From Caecitellus pseudoparvulus (taxonomy: Eukaryota > Protista > Bigyra: Bicosoecida): a stretch of DNA of 64,000 nucleotides. The notes beneath the pieces were generated by a model. It ran no database searches and was not told the origin of the DNA. It saw nothing but the letters and a program-made list of their open reading frames with translations. Below, piece after piece: positions 8,848 through 20,000 of the stretch. Both the position numbers and the translations under genes were made by a program. The stretch is taken from positions 248,001 through 312,000 of the forward strand of contig CBFFRQ010000064.1 of assembly GCA_965644315.1 (NCBI GenBank), read 5' to 3'. Position 1 is the first letter of the stretch. Each line of letters opens with the position of its first letter.

Positions 8848-11667
8848 TCACTGTGTGGGCCTGGGTCCAGATGGTGGCGGGGGGCGGGATTCTGCAGCCG
8901 CCTCCGCTGCCGGCTCATCCTGCACTGTTGTCAAGCCAGCAGACGGAGGCTTGGAGCGACGCTTGGCAGCAGACGCTGTCAGCTTGGCCATGGCAAAGGA
9001 GGGGCGCTTGTTGGCTGAGAGAGCGTAGTCAGAGGCAGCGGTGGCCTGAATCTCAGCAGCCGTCATGCGGGGCGTCGTAGCCTGGCGCGCCCACGCCTCC
9101 TTGCGCCCCTCAGTGCGGGGCGACAGCAAGCCCCACCCATCCGAAGAGTCTGAATCGGCCCGTGTCGGGGACGAGGGCAGGCATCCATCCTCATGAGAGT
9201 CGTACCCGCCGTGGGGGCGTGCAGAAGGCAGAGAAGGCGGGCCTGACCCAGACACCGTGTTGGTGTCCACAACTCCGCCGCCGTACATCGTCCGCAGGTC
9301 GGCAGCTGTCAAAGGGCGCCCCATGACGTACAGGGGCGCTGGCGCCGGGGGTGCCCAGGATGACCCTGTGCCGTGGCTGCCGCCGCCCAGGGACTCGCCA
9401 GAGTACACAGACAGCCCGCCTGTGTCCTCGGCGACGGTAATGCTGAGGCCCTTGGGCCTGCGCGAGGCATGCAGGGGGGGGCTGTCAGCAGACTCGCTGC
9501 CCCCTGCGCCTGGTGGTGACGCACCATCGGGTCCGCTGCCCTCCTCCTCCTCTTGGCCGCCTTCTGGAAGGGGCTGCAACACGCCAGTGCCGCCAGGCGG
9601 CGACCCCAGCACGGCTGCTTCCACTCGAGCCATGCGGTGTTGGTGAGGCGTGGGCGAGGGTCTGGCAGGAACAGGCACTTGCTTCGCTTTTGCCCCCGTC
9701 CACTTCACCATGCCCACCTGGGAAGCTGCGTCAGCCGAGACAATGGCCTGCATGTCAGGGACCCCGGCTCCGCCCTGGCCGCCCGGCGTCCCAACTGGGA
9801 CTGGGCGGGGGATGAGGTCCCCTCGCTGTAGCTCTCCGTCAGAGCTCCGGCGGAAGGGTACGGCGCCGATCTCACCCACCTCCGCATCAAACGTCTCCAC
9901 CCACACCACGTTGCCGTCCGACGCCGCATCCACCAGGGCTGCCACATTCACCAGTGTGCCTTGGATGCGACCAGGCGGAAGGGACGCCGTGCGCCAGGGC
10001 GGGAGCTGGCCTCCCGCCTTGGCCCTCGCCACCGACCCCGCCAGGCTGAGGCGCGCGGCGGCCTCCGCTCCGATCCCGTCTGCTCTGAGCTGGGACGCAT
10101 CACCGTCCCAGAGGTACGAAGCGCTCTCGCTCACGGTCATGCCGTCTTCCCACGGGGTGTCGGCAGGGCCGCCTGCTGGCGCGGTCGGTGGGAGGATGGC
10201 TCCAATGATGGGGATGCGAGTGGCTGCCGCAGCGGCATCCACGGCCGGCCTTGGGGCAGGCTGGCGGGCCCAGTGCGGCGTGTCAGACGCCGCATGGCGC
10301 GCCAGCATGCGATCTGTGTGGGAGCCTTGGTGGCCTTGGGGGGCGTCGCCATGAGGCAAGCCCCCCTGTGCGGCCGGCCGCTGCTGCAGCGTGCCTTGGC
10401 GGGACCGCACGAGCCCGCCGTGGAAGAGAATGTCCCCCGCCTCCTCAGCCTCCGCCCGGGTGCCACAGCTGCCCCTACGCCCCAGCGGGACAGGCTCGGG
10501 CGGGGAGGTGGACATGGTTGGAGCCTGCGTTTCCCCAGGCGCACTGCTCATGACACTGGCCACGTCACTCGCCGAGTCCGCATCCCGTGCAGGGGCCTGC
10601 ACAAGCCCTGCACGGCCCTGAGTCAGTGCAGCGTGCACAGCAGCAGCTTCGTCGGCTGTGGAGTGCCCACGTAGCTGCGTCACGGCGGCGAAGGGGTTGA
10701 ATGTCGCCCTGCGCCTGCGCTGGGCGCGTCGCTGCTCCAGCAGACCTTGAGGCGAAGGCGTGCTTGGCTTGGCTCCAGCCACACGGCTGGCGACATGTTC
10801 CGGAACCGGGCCAGATCCCTCACGTGGAACACGCAGGGATGCCCGTGAGAAGGAGGGCATTTCGGCGGAGGGCGCCGTCACCACGGCATCGTCGCCGTAC
10901 GCGGCTTTTGCACCAGCGAGGGGTGGTGTGCGTGGTCGAGAGGCGGGCAGACGGCCCGAGGAATCCCTGCTAGCTCTGGAGGGGGGGGTGGGAGTCCCCT
11001 TTCCCCCGTGAATAGGCTGCTGTGGGCTGGCACTGGGCGGGGTACGCCCGCTGACGGGGCCAGCTGCACCCAGTGCAGCATGACTGCCTTGCTGCAGTGC
11101 AGGTGCACCTTCAAGGCTGCCCTCCTGCGGCACTTCACCGTCACCATGTGCTGCCACTTGTGAGCCACTAGCTTCAAGACTACCCTCCTGTTGCGTGCAG
11201 CTGCTTGCATCGCTCGTTTCGCCCCCCTGCACCCCTGCATACTTCGGGTGCGCGCCTTGGTCTGGTCGCTGCGACGCAGATGCACTAACATCAGCGGCAG
11301 GCGGTCCGCCTGCTTCCTCGGACCGCAGCACTGCCACCATGGCAAGGTCAAGACTGGAGTAGGCTGCTGGTTTTGACCATGAAGCCTTGCCCGTGAGGGA
11401 ATTCACGTACACCTTCCTGCGCTTGCGGTCCCGCTTCTCACTCCACAGCACAGCGGCTTGCGGCGGCAGTGCCCCCTCTTCCTCTGCTACTGAGACAGCT
11501 GGCGTGGCCCCTGGGGTGCCATGGGGCACTATCTGCAGGCTAGGTCTGAACCATGAGCTGCTGCCAGAGGGGCAGTGGTAGAAGAACTTCCTGCCTTTCT
11601 TGTCCCGGGCTTGCACGACATTTGCGACGTGCTTGTGAGCCTGGCTTCGCTCGCCGCCGCTTGCCAT
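8848..11667 (-). CDS. Tandem WW-like domain protein with a long disordered region
   Basis: RDKKGRKFFYHCPSGSSSWFRP and WSEKRDRKRRKVYVNSLTGKASWSKP are WW-like. Single long ORF; start MASGGERS at 11667 is inferred. Confidence 0.65.
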   Translation of the reverse strand: MASGGERSQAHKHVANVVQARDKKGRKFFYHCPSGSSSWFRPSLQIVPHGTPGATPAVSVAEEEGALPPQAAVLWSEKRDRKRRKVYVNSLTGKASWSKPAAYSSLDLAMVAVLRSEEAGGPPAADVSASASQRPDQGAHPKYAGVQGGETSDASSCTQQEGSLEASGSQVAAHGDGEVPQEGSLEGAPALQQGSHAALGAAGPVSGRTPPSASPQQPIHGGKGTPTPPSRASRDSSGRLPASRPRTPPLAGAKAAYGDDAVVTAPSAEMPSFSRASLRVPREGSGPVPEHVASRVAGAKPSTPSPQGLLEQRRAQRRRRATFNPFAAVTQLRGHSTADEAAAVHAALTQGRAGLVQAPARDADSASDVASVMSSAPGETQAPTMSTSPPEPVPLGRRGSCGTRAEAEEAGDILFHGGLVRSRQGTLQQRPAAQGGLPHGDAPQGHQGSHTDRMLARHAASDTPHWARQPAPRPAVDAAAAATRIPIIGAILPPTAPAGGPADTPWEDGMTVSESASYLWDGDASQLRADGIGAEAAARLSLAGSVARAKAGGQLPPWRTASLPPGRIQGTLVNVAALVDAASDGNVVWVETFDAEVGEIGAVPFRRSSDGELQRGDLIPRPVPVGTPGGQGGAGVPDMQAIVSADAASQVGMVKWTGAKAKQVPVPARPSPTPHQHRMARVEAAVLGSPPGGTGVLQPLPEGGQEEEEGSGPDGASPPGAGGSESADSPPLHASRRPKGLSITVAEDTGGLSVYSGESLGGGSHGTGSSWAPPAPAPLYVMGRPLTAADLRTMYGGGVVDTNTVSGSGPPSLPSARPHGGYDSHEDGCLPSSPTRADSDSSDGWGLLSPRTEGRKEAWARQATTPRMTAAEIQATAASDYALSANKRPSFAMAKLTASAAKRRSKPPSAGLTTVQDEPAAEAAAESRPPPPSGPRPTQ

Positions 11668-12125
11668 GCCTGCGCAAGCTGTAGCGCAGCCAGACTCCAA
11701 TGCGGACCCTTGGCCAAGTGGTGCCAGGTAGGGAGTCGTCTTGTCTGGCTCTAGGGCGCCTTTGATTTGCTTTATCCCCCCACACTGTGCCGTGTTGTGC
11801 GAAAACAGAAACGACCCCCTGCTGCACGCTCTGCCCACAGAAAGGATCAGAACACTTGTCCCACATACGCCCATTACATACAATGCATCCACACCACTGT
11901 GGCACCGCCCACGCAAAGTCACACCTTCCAATGGTATGAACTGCTGTGGCCCTTGCCGAGTGCATGTAGACTGCCGCTGTCACGGGGAGCAGCTGCCTTT
12001 AGGCAACTGAGCCACGCAGCAGGGGAGTCAAGTGTGCGCAAGGAACTGCTGCGCTGCACAAGGCTGCATCACCCCGTCCCTGCTGCTTTGTGTGCACTGC
12101 ATGCAACATTCCAAGTCTTGGTCAG

Positions 12126-13561
12126 ATGGCTAGCGCTGTTGAAGAGCTGGTGCGATGCGCATGCAGATGGCGCATGCCGGCGTTTCAGCCTGCGTTTCAG
12201 TCTCAAACCATGTCCTCGCTTTGCCACAGAGTGAGGAAGCCAAGCAAATTGCGATCCAGCGCCTCGAGCAGGCAGCTGAAGAACTGCAAGCCCAGGTGCG
12301 CCACTTGCGCGTGTGGGTAGCACGAAGTGAAGCGTCGCTGTCTTGCTCACAAAGTGCTCTCCTTCCCTGGCTTTCGCAGGGCCGGTACTTTGAGACGATT
12401 GACTGCCTTGAGCAAGGGCTGGTCCTTCGGCAGCTTCTGCATGGAGCCGAGTCAGAAGAGGTGTGGAGGGCGTGCAGCAGGCTGGGGGAGCTGTGCAACC
12501 AAGTAGCAATGACGTGCTTGCACCATGAAGACTTGGGCATGGTGCTAGAGTTGCTGCGCAAGGCCGAGTTGCTGACGGAGCAGGACCCCATCGGGAAGGC
12601 TGTGACGCTGAACAACTTGGGCGTGTACTTTCGTCGCCTGAACAAGCTGCACACAGCCTTGAGGTACATGCGCCAAGCCGTGGACATCGAGGAGAAGCTG
12701 CCCAATGTGCCGCGAGCTGGGGACACCCACATCAACCTGTGTGTGACTCTGTCACAGTGTGGGAAGCACAAGGCTGCTCTGAAGGCAGGCCAGCGAGCCT
12801 TGCAGCTGCTCCAGCAAGAGCTCTTCTCCAAGGTGCACCCTGGCCAGGCAGCATCCCACATGCACCGCGCTGACCGCATCGCCACGATGGCCGTGGCACA
12901 CCACAACGTGGCGGTGGAGTTTGAATTCCTCAACAAGATGACACAGGCACTTGCAGCGTATGCGAAAGGCGTGGAGCTAGCTTCCACGTACCTCGGCGAA
13001 GGGCACGGCGTCACAATCATGCTACGCAAATCGCAGCAGGCGGCGGGTAAGGTGGTGTCCGGGCAAAAAGCCAAGCGGGAGCGAGCGGCCGCAACTGCCC
13101 AGCGGGAGGCAGAGCTGGAGATGCTGCGCATAGCCAAGTCCGCTGCGCAGAGGGGCCGGGGAGGTGGGGGGGCCGCAGAGGCCCCAGCGCCAGACACAGT
13201 TGCCGGCGCCTCGGCGTCGCAAAACGTGTCTGCCTTGGAGCAACTCGTGGAGAGCCACTCTCAAACAGTTCGAGACACAAAGTACGGCCGTGGGGAGCGG
13301 CCCAAGCCAGCCACAGTGGTGAAACTCGAAGAGACACTGGCGCGACTCATGAGCCAGGGCGTCGTCCGGAGCGGGGCATCGAAGAACTCATCCGCTGCGT
13401 TGCTGAGCCATACTGACGGAGGGCGGCCTTCAGCGGGCCCACTGCCCCAGCCCGGGCCTGCGCGAGCGACGGGCGGCATGCTGTTCGCTCGACCAGACTC
13501 GGAGGAAGGCAAGGGGGAGGAGGGCACGACTGATGCAGCCGGAGACGTTGGCGCGACCTGA
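12126..13561 (+). CDS. Tetratricopeptide repeat protein (kinesin-light-chain-like TPRs); about 3 exons
   Basis: MASAVEEL, then intron 12150-12229. TPR helices AVTLNNLGVYFRRLNKLHTALRYMRQA, THINLCVTLSQCGKHKAAL and AVAHHNVAVEFEFL. Confidence 0.75.
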
Positions 13562-13613
13562 CCCCACTTCACAGCCCTCTGCTCCCCGAATGCACGGAGG
13601 TGTCTGGCCTTCC

Positions 13614-15211
13614 TCAAGATGCAGCGTGGCGAAGCGTCCACACAGAGTAGGTCTGGAGCCACGGGGTGCTCGTGGCACTCAGCTGCGGGGAGTCTTCCGC
13701 CTCAGACACGCAGCCTGCAGTGGTCGTCACCACGGCAGTATGCTCCGCTGTGGAAGGCTGCCGCTGACCTGCATAGAGGGTATAACTCTGCAGATCAGGG
13801 GCGCCTGGCACGGTCCAGTCTGCAGCCGCAAACGTCTCTATGGCTCGGTGAGCGCCGTGTCGAGGAGCCTTCCCTTCGCGAGCTCTGCGGGCGGGTGCCA
13901 CGGCCCTGCCACCCTGCACATCCCCCCGCAGCCACTGCTGTAGCAGGAGCCCCATGTCCCTGCGCCGTTTGCTGGTGTGCTGTAGGTCCACATGGCACCC
14001 CCGTAAGCCGAGGCAGAGCAAGGGCTGGCATTCACCTGCGTGCCCCTCACCGCCCTCCTCCTCTACGGGGGGCATCGCGGCGGCTTCTACCAGTAGCAAC
14101 TGCTTGCGCACAGATGTGGCGACGCGCAAGTGGCCGGTGGCACTGCGCCAGGTGAGTGTGGGGGGGGAGCGCAGGAGCAGGGTGTAGGGGGCGTGGCCTG
14201 TGGCTGGTCCGTCCGGGTAAACTGTCCACTGGCCAGCGAAGGAGACGCCCGGGCGCGGAACCCAGCCCAGGCGCCTACACGCAGCATACAAGGCCTCTTG
14301 GCGAGTATCTCCACCAAGGCCCCGCAGTGCCCGAGCCAGCTGAGGCAGAGGGAGGGGGGTTTCGCCACCGGCCCAGCCGGCCCAGCCGTCCCAGACACAC
14401 AGCACTCCCAACTGCAGCGATAGCCACAGCACCTCAGCGGGAGCCAGGACCAGGGGGTCCACTGCGACATGTTCAGGCTGCACCCATGCAGGCAAGGCTA
14501 GGGGGCGGGTCAGCGCCTGCAGGGCGCTGGTCCACTCATTCCCAGTTGAGGCCCCACAGCCTCCCCCCTTCACAGGGCTCTGGGCCGCTGCTGCGCGGGC
14601 TGACGTTGCAGGCGTCCAAGTTGCAGGGGCGCTGTGACCCGAGCGCTTGTCTAGCGTGGCTGTGTAGCGTGGGAGCTGCGTGCGTGATGAGGGGAGCCAA
14701 GGCTTGACGTCCAGCGTGAGGGTGGTGGATGGAGCGTGGGGCGCAGTGGAGGGCAGGGCGGCTGCCCACGCCCGAGGAAAGTTAAGGGACTGAGCCAGAC
14801 GGCGGCGGGCGAGCAGGTGCACAGGTGTGTGGGTGGCTTCCAGCGTCGGCGGCTGTGGAACGGGGGCGGCAGCCCTGGACGTGGGCCGGTCCGTGACGCT
14901 GCCGTGTCTGGCCGCTTTGGCTTTAGGAGAGGCCGGGCCAGAGGCCCTTGGGCGTTTGGTCCGAAGGCCCAGCTCAGACACACCCGTTGGGGCGCTCTGA
15001 GACCAGGCGCCTTTCCCGTAGTTGCCTTCTTGGTAGAGCTGTGAGTGGGGACGGCAGCCGTGGGGAGGTGTCACGCAACAGTCATTCCGCGGTTGTGTAC
15101 CTTTTCGGAATCCTCCTTGAGAGGGACGATGACGCAGCCAGCAGTGCGATTCAGGATGCCGTGGAATCTGCGTGGAGGGGCTTGCGGGGTGCATGTGGTG
15201 GGACATTGCAT
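13614..15211 (-). CDS. TSEN2: tRNA-splicing endonuclease subunit Sen2; 2 exons (intron 15100-15039)
   Basis: Spliced N-terminus ...DSEK/LYQEGNYGKGAWSQSAP is the Sen2 N-terminal motif. Also LAPAEVLWLSLQLGVL and catalytic domain GWVPRPG...YPDGPATGHAPY...RVATSVRKQLLL with Tyr/His/Lys. Confidence 0.8.
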
Positions 15212-15517
15212 CTGCGTTTCGCCTGCGTTGTGGCTCACAGTCGTCCATGCGGAGGCCGGGGCACGTGTTGCAGGCGATGAGATCGACGGCGTTTGGTTGT
15301 GTACAGAGCCTTGATGCGTTCCATGCAGCCCGCCGGAAGCCCGCAGCTCCCGTCTGAAGGGCTGGCACTGCGTGGAGGACACCAACGTGTAAGTGTAGCT
15401 CCAAGCCTGGCAATACGCTGTTGAGGAGCAAAATAAACGAAAAAGGAGTAAACAAGGCAGAAGAATCGGTATCAAATGGAGAGGTCGCTTCAGGAAACTC
15501 AATTTAGTTCAGCAAGC

Positions 15518-16275
15518 ATGCAGCGCTGCCTGGCCTTGGCCGTCCAGAGGCGTGCACAGTTGGCTCGATTTCCGCATCCGGCGGCATGGCGGCGGCTCTG
15601 TTCGACTGTGGCCAAGGAAGGGGGCAGCGGGCAGGCCAGCGGAGGGCAGATTGCGAAACAGACAGAGGCAGGGTCGCTCACCTCGCAAGGCGCCGCGAAG
15701 GAGACAGTTCAAGTGCCCCGTGGTACGCGCAGCAGAGACACGCCACGGCTGGAGGAGGCAGCGGCAGGAGCAACCTCCAGCGACCGCAGTCGGCTGGTGC
15801 GTTCCGGCATGCCCAGGCAGGAGCAATGTCTGCCTCATACAGCCTGTGCATTTCCATGCCCTCGAACAGTATGGCCTGGCGGCGCTGTGCGCCCTGGCAG
15901 TGGCGCTGGTGCCAGGGGCGCTGTTTGACCCCAATGGCCCGCCCACCCTGCGGCACTGGATTCAGGCGCGAGATGGCGGAGCGTGTGCGTAGACGAAGCC
16001 TCCCCCATGCACCGGATGCGAACATCACTCCCCTCCCCCCCCTCCGCTGCATAGGGGCCCTGACAGAGGAGGAGGACGGCGTGTCCATGTGGGGGGCCAG
16101 TCGGCAAGGCTGGGCAGTCTTCCACCAGGCTCTGAGCGCGTCCGCAGAGCAGGCAGGCGTGAAGCCAGGTGATGCAGTGCAGGCAGCTGCACATCAGCGC
16201 AGGATGATGGAGCGAGCGGAGCAGGCACGACATGCAGCGCGGCGAATGGAGGGGGGGGGCGAGGTGCAGCCATGA
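15518..16275 (+). CDS. Hypothetical mitochondrion-targeted membrane protein; about 3 exons
   Basis: Arg-rich presequence-like N-terminus (MQRCLALAVQRRAQLARFP...RRLCST), GT/AG sites, and one hydrophobic segment YGLAALCALAVALVPG. No family recognised. Confidence 0.45.
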
Positions 16276-16308
16276 GGCGCGGCAGGCGCGATGGGGCACT
16301 GTGGTGCA

Positions 16309-16689
16309 TTACGCCCTGGCAGAATCATGGTGAGTGTGTGTGCTGGGGGGCGGCATTGCGTCGGTGGCGCAGGCCTGCACCTGGGAAGCCACGCCTTGCT
16401 CCGCGTCGGCCTCGGCGTCAGGCTCCAACCCCACAGCTCTGAAGGCGACGCCGACTAGCACAAATGCGATGGTGACTCCGATGCCTGCCATGAAGTAGTG
16501 TGCCATCATGGTGCCCACGCCCGGTGGGCCCTGGCCCTCGAAGGCTTTGGCTGCCTTGCGCGCAACTTCGCTGTCCTCAACACGCCTGGCCAGGGCAGAG
16601 AATTCATCGCGTTCCTCTGCGTTGGCAGCCTCCTCCTCATCATGCTGTGCCGCCCTTTTCCTGTTCCGAGCCATCTTGCTGTGCGACAT
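16309..16689 (-). CDS. Small single-pass membrane protein of unknown function
   Basis: Charged N-terminal helix, then TM YFMAGIGVTIAFVLVGVAF; TAA at 16311-16309. Confidence 0.55.
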   Translation of the reverse strand: MSHSKMARNRKRAAQHDEEEAANAEERDEFSALARRVEDSEVARKAAKAFEGQGPPGVGTMMAHYFMAGIGVTIAFVLVGVAFRAVGLEPDAEADAEQGVASQVQACATDAMPPPSTHTHHDSARA

Positions 16690-17043
16690 GCCGGGGCAGG
16701 GAGTGTTTGCAGCGTTAGTCGGTGGCGAAAGGGGTGCGAGGCGGGCCAATTTCCGCAGCCAACGCCAGGCTTGTCGCAGTCAGCGCCTCACCTTGCCACA
16801 CTGCGCTGTGCGAAGCATCGCAGCGGGACCTGGCTGTGCGTCACATGAGTAACGGCACGGCAGGTGCTGCTGGTGATGACCCTTGCAAACATGCCGGCCA
16901 GTAGAGTTGGTGTGTCCAGATCACGGTCTTCGCAGCGTGCATATCGCGAACGGCTGCCCAATGCATGAAAAAATGTATTGATTCTAGCAGTGAATGAATG
17001 TGTGGGGGGCCGAGACCGCCCCGCCTCCCCCCCTCAAGCCCCC

Positions 17044-20000
17044 TCAGGCATCCTCCGAGTCATCACTGGAGTCCCCTGCACCGGCATCGTGGCCACGGTC
17101 ACTGCCGCTGCCTCCGTGGGAGTCACGGCTGCCAGGGGGCCCCTGGTCCTTACCAGACTCCTGGCTCGGTGGGGTATGGCGCTTGACCGCAGCCACGCGC
17201 ATGCGGGCGATGCGAGCTTTGCGTCGCTGCTGCCGGTGCTCGTCATACTCCGTGATGACGCTCTTGTCCAGAATGTTCTCACGACTCACCCAGGAGTTGT
17301 ACTGGGAGTCGTAGCCCTTCCAGCTCACGTAAAACTTGCGCTTGCGCCGCACGGTCTTGTGCCGGATGATGCGGTCAATGACAAAGATGTTGCCGTCCTC
17401 GGAGCCGTCACCTGGACTGCGAGATGAAGATGACTCCGCCTGGCTCTGGGGGGGGTGTGCAGGCAGCTCCGGACTCCCAGACTCGCCCGACGAGTGCTGC
17501 GAGGACGTGTGGTCCTGGCCACCGCTGCCTGCGGGGCTGGCCGCCAGCACTTCCTGCTCCAAGCCGGCACCCCCCTGCTCCACAGCAGCTTGCCCCTTGA
17601 ACCCGAAGGCGGCACAGTCTGCTTCCTGCACGCCCAGCGCCTCGTCCAGCGCCTTGCTCAGCATTTTCCGCACATTGGGGCCAGACACCTGTTCAAGCTG
17701 CCCAGCCAGCGCTTCTCGCAGCACTGCCCCGCGACAGAGCAGGAGCGGCGGCGGTGGCCGAGCTCTTGGAGCAGGGCCACCGTCGCCTCCGTCACTCTCA
17801 ACCACACTGCCTGCATCCTCCGCAGAGCTTTCCTCAGTCACACTGCCTGACGAAGCACTGCCGCTGTGCGCAAAGGATGGGTGTGCCTGACCAGGTGGCA
17901 TCCGCCCGCCAGGTGGCAGACGTGCTGGGCGCTGCATCTGCACTCGGTGTGCAAGGGATGTATCAGACATGGGTGACTCGGCGCCTTCTCGCGTGGGGCT
18001 GACAGGCGCGGTGACGATGCCACGGCGGGGGGCTCCTGCCCAGGCGGTGAGGAAGCGGGCCATGCAGGGCACTGTGGCGGGAGGGATGTCACCGCCCAGA
18101 CTTGTGGGGCCAGCCATGGACATGAGAGGCGTGGGGTCTGGTAGCACCTCCTCGCTGTCCAGGAGACGCAGGAGGTCGGCGGGCGGCGTGCCAGTGAGCT
18201 GCAAGTGAGGGGCAGAGAGTCCCGGCGGGCAGCGACCGCCAGGCTCCGTGGCGGCTTCACACAGGCCTCCTTGCACCGCCTCCATGGCCAGCACCTCGGT
18301 GGCATCAGACGCCAGCGTGCCGCATGAGCTGGCGTCGTCCCCAGCCTCCTCGGGGGCGTCCGGGACTGTGTCCGTGTTCGGCAAGAGCCAGTCGCTGCGC
18401 AGCACGTGCTGGCAGGCAAAGGATTTGAGAGGACCTCGCCAGAGGCGTTGCAGGCGTCGGCGCTTTTGACCCTGCTGGCGCAGCTGCTCTGGCAGGGCGT
18501 CCAGGGTGCTGGCTGCTCGCTCCGCCAAGATTCGGCCTCGTGCAGCGCGACCGTCCCCCGCAGCCTCATCTGCCGCCGTGCTGACCTGGACGAGGGAGGA
18601 GGGAGGGATGATGAGATCGCCTGAAAAGACGGCACCTGTCTGAAAGTCTGGGCGGGGACGCTTGTGTCCTCCCAAAGCGCCAGCGCCTGAGGTCGGTGTC
18701 GCAGCACCAGGAGTGCACGTTGCGCCGAGGAATTGACCGATGGCGCCCCGCTGAAAGGAGCGCTCCTGAGCACTGCAACTCAAGCTGTCAGGTGGTGCTG
18801 ATGTAGCTATGATGGGGATATCTCCCACGTGCAGCTGCGCTGTGCTGGCTCCAAGGCGCTTCAACAAGCGCGCTGCAGCAGAGGCGTTTTTCCCTGCCGC
18901 TGGCACAAACTCCGCATCTGCATGCTTCTTTTGAGGGCCCTGGTCGTCAACTGAGCCCCTCTTCGCACCGCCAGGGTATTCATCACACTTCAAGGCAGTG
19001 CCTTTGGGCAGATTAGCCCTGAGGGCTGGCAGCTGGCGTGTGCAGGTGGACGATTCGGAAGGGTTCGACCCGTTGGACAAGCTCGGCCGAATTGTCAGCG
19101 AGCGGCTTGCCTGAGGTGTGCTTCGTTCTGCCTGCTCACTGGCCGCATCCGGCAGCAAAGGCACATGGGGAGTGGGTGAGTGAAGGCCATCAGCTGCAAT
19201 TGCAGCGCGCCCGGCCGCCTGGAGGAGCGCTTGACGCAGCAACGCCGCCTCGTCAGGGGACTCCCGCAGCACCTGTCCAATGCAGGCTTTGAACACGGCC
19301 AGCTGGCGCAAGAGCGCGCCTGCAGCGCCCACCACAGTCTTCTCGGGCTCACCGAAATGCCCGAGACTCACCATGCTTGCAATGGTGGCAAGGTTTTCCA
19401 ACCCGGGGCCTTGAGCTGGCTCGGCCTCGCGAGCAGCGCCCCACTGCCCGAGCGTGCCAACGCCACCTGGCACCAGGGTCACTGCCACCGTCACGAGGGC
19501 ATTAGAGAGAGCCGCGAGGAAGACAGGGCACAAGACAGCAGGCAGTGCTCCCAGCTGCTTGCCCGAGATGGTGGCACGGCTGCCATGCCGAGAGCCCCGT
19601 GTCGGGTTCAAACGCCGGGCACTCGGCGACGGCGTAGGCTCAGCCGATGGGGCGCTCTTGTCGGCATACACCTCCTCTACCTGCACACGCAACGCTCGCA
19701 TGGGACTCTTGCTGAGAGGCAGCAGGTCCTGTGTGTCCACCCACAGCTGCTGTGCACAGCCAAAGGGCAGGGTGTGTGTCAAGCTGCCCGTTTGTGCGGG
19801 CGATGCCACCACCTGCAAGGGCCACCACGCCAGGAGACCCTTGATGGCGGGGCAGGCAGCCATGAGTGACTCAGCTGCACCTGCACTGGATGCAGCACTG
19901 CTACTAGTGGGAGTGCTGGCTCCATCTTGGTCGTCGGCTCGGGAGCAGGCTCGCGCCGCGTCGGCTTGTACTTGCTCGGGCAGGCGCGACGCAATCCACG

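Noticed and set aside
17240-17395. Chromodomain as a sign of a chromovirus LTR retrotransposon
   Set aside because: No gag, RT, RNase H, integrase or LTRs; it is the C-terminus of a PHD/PWWP host protein.
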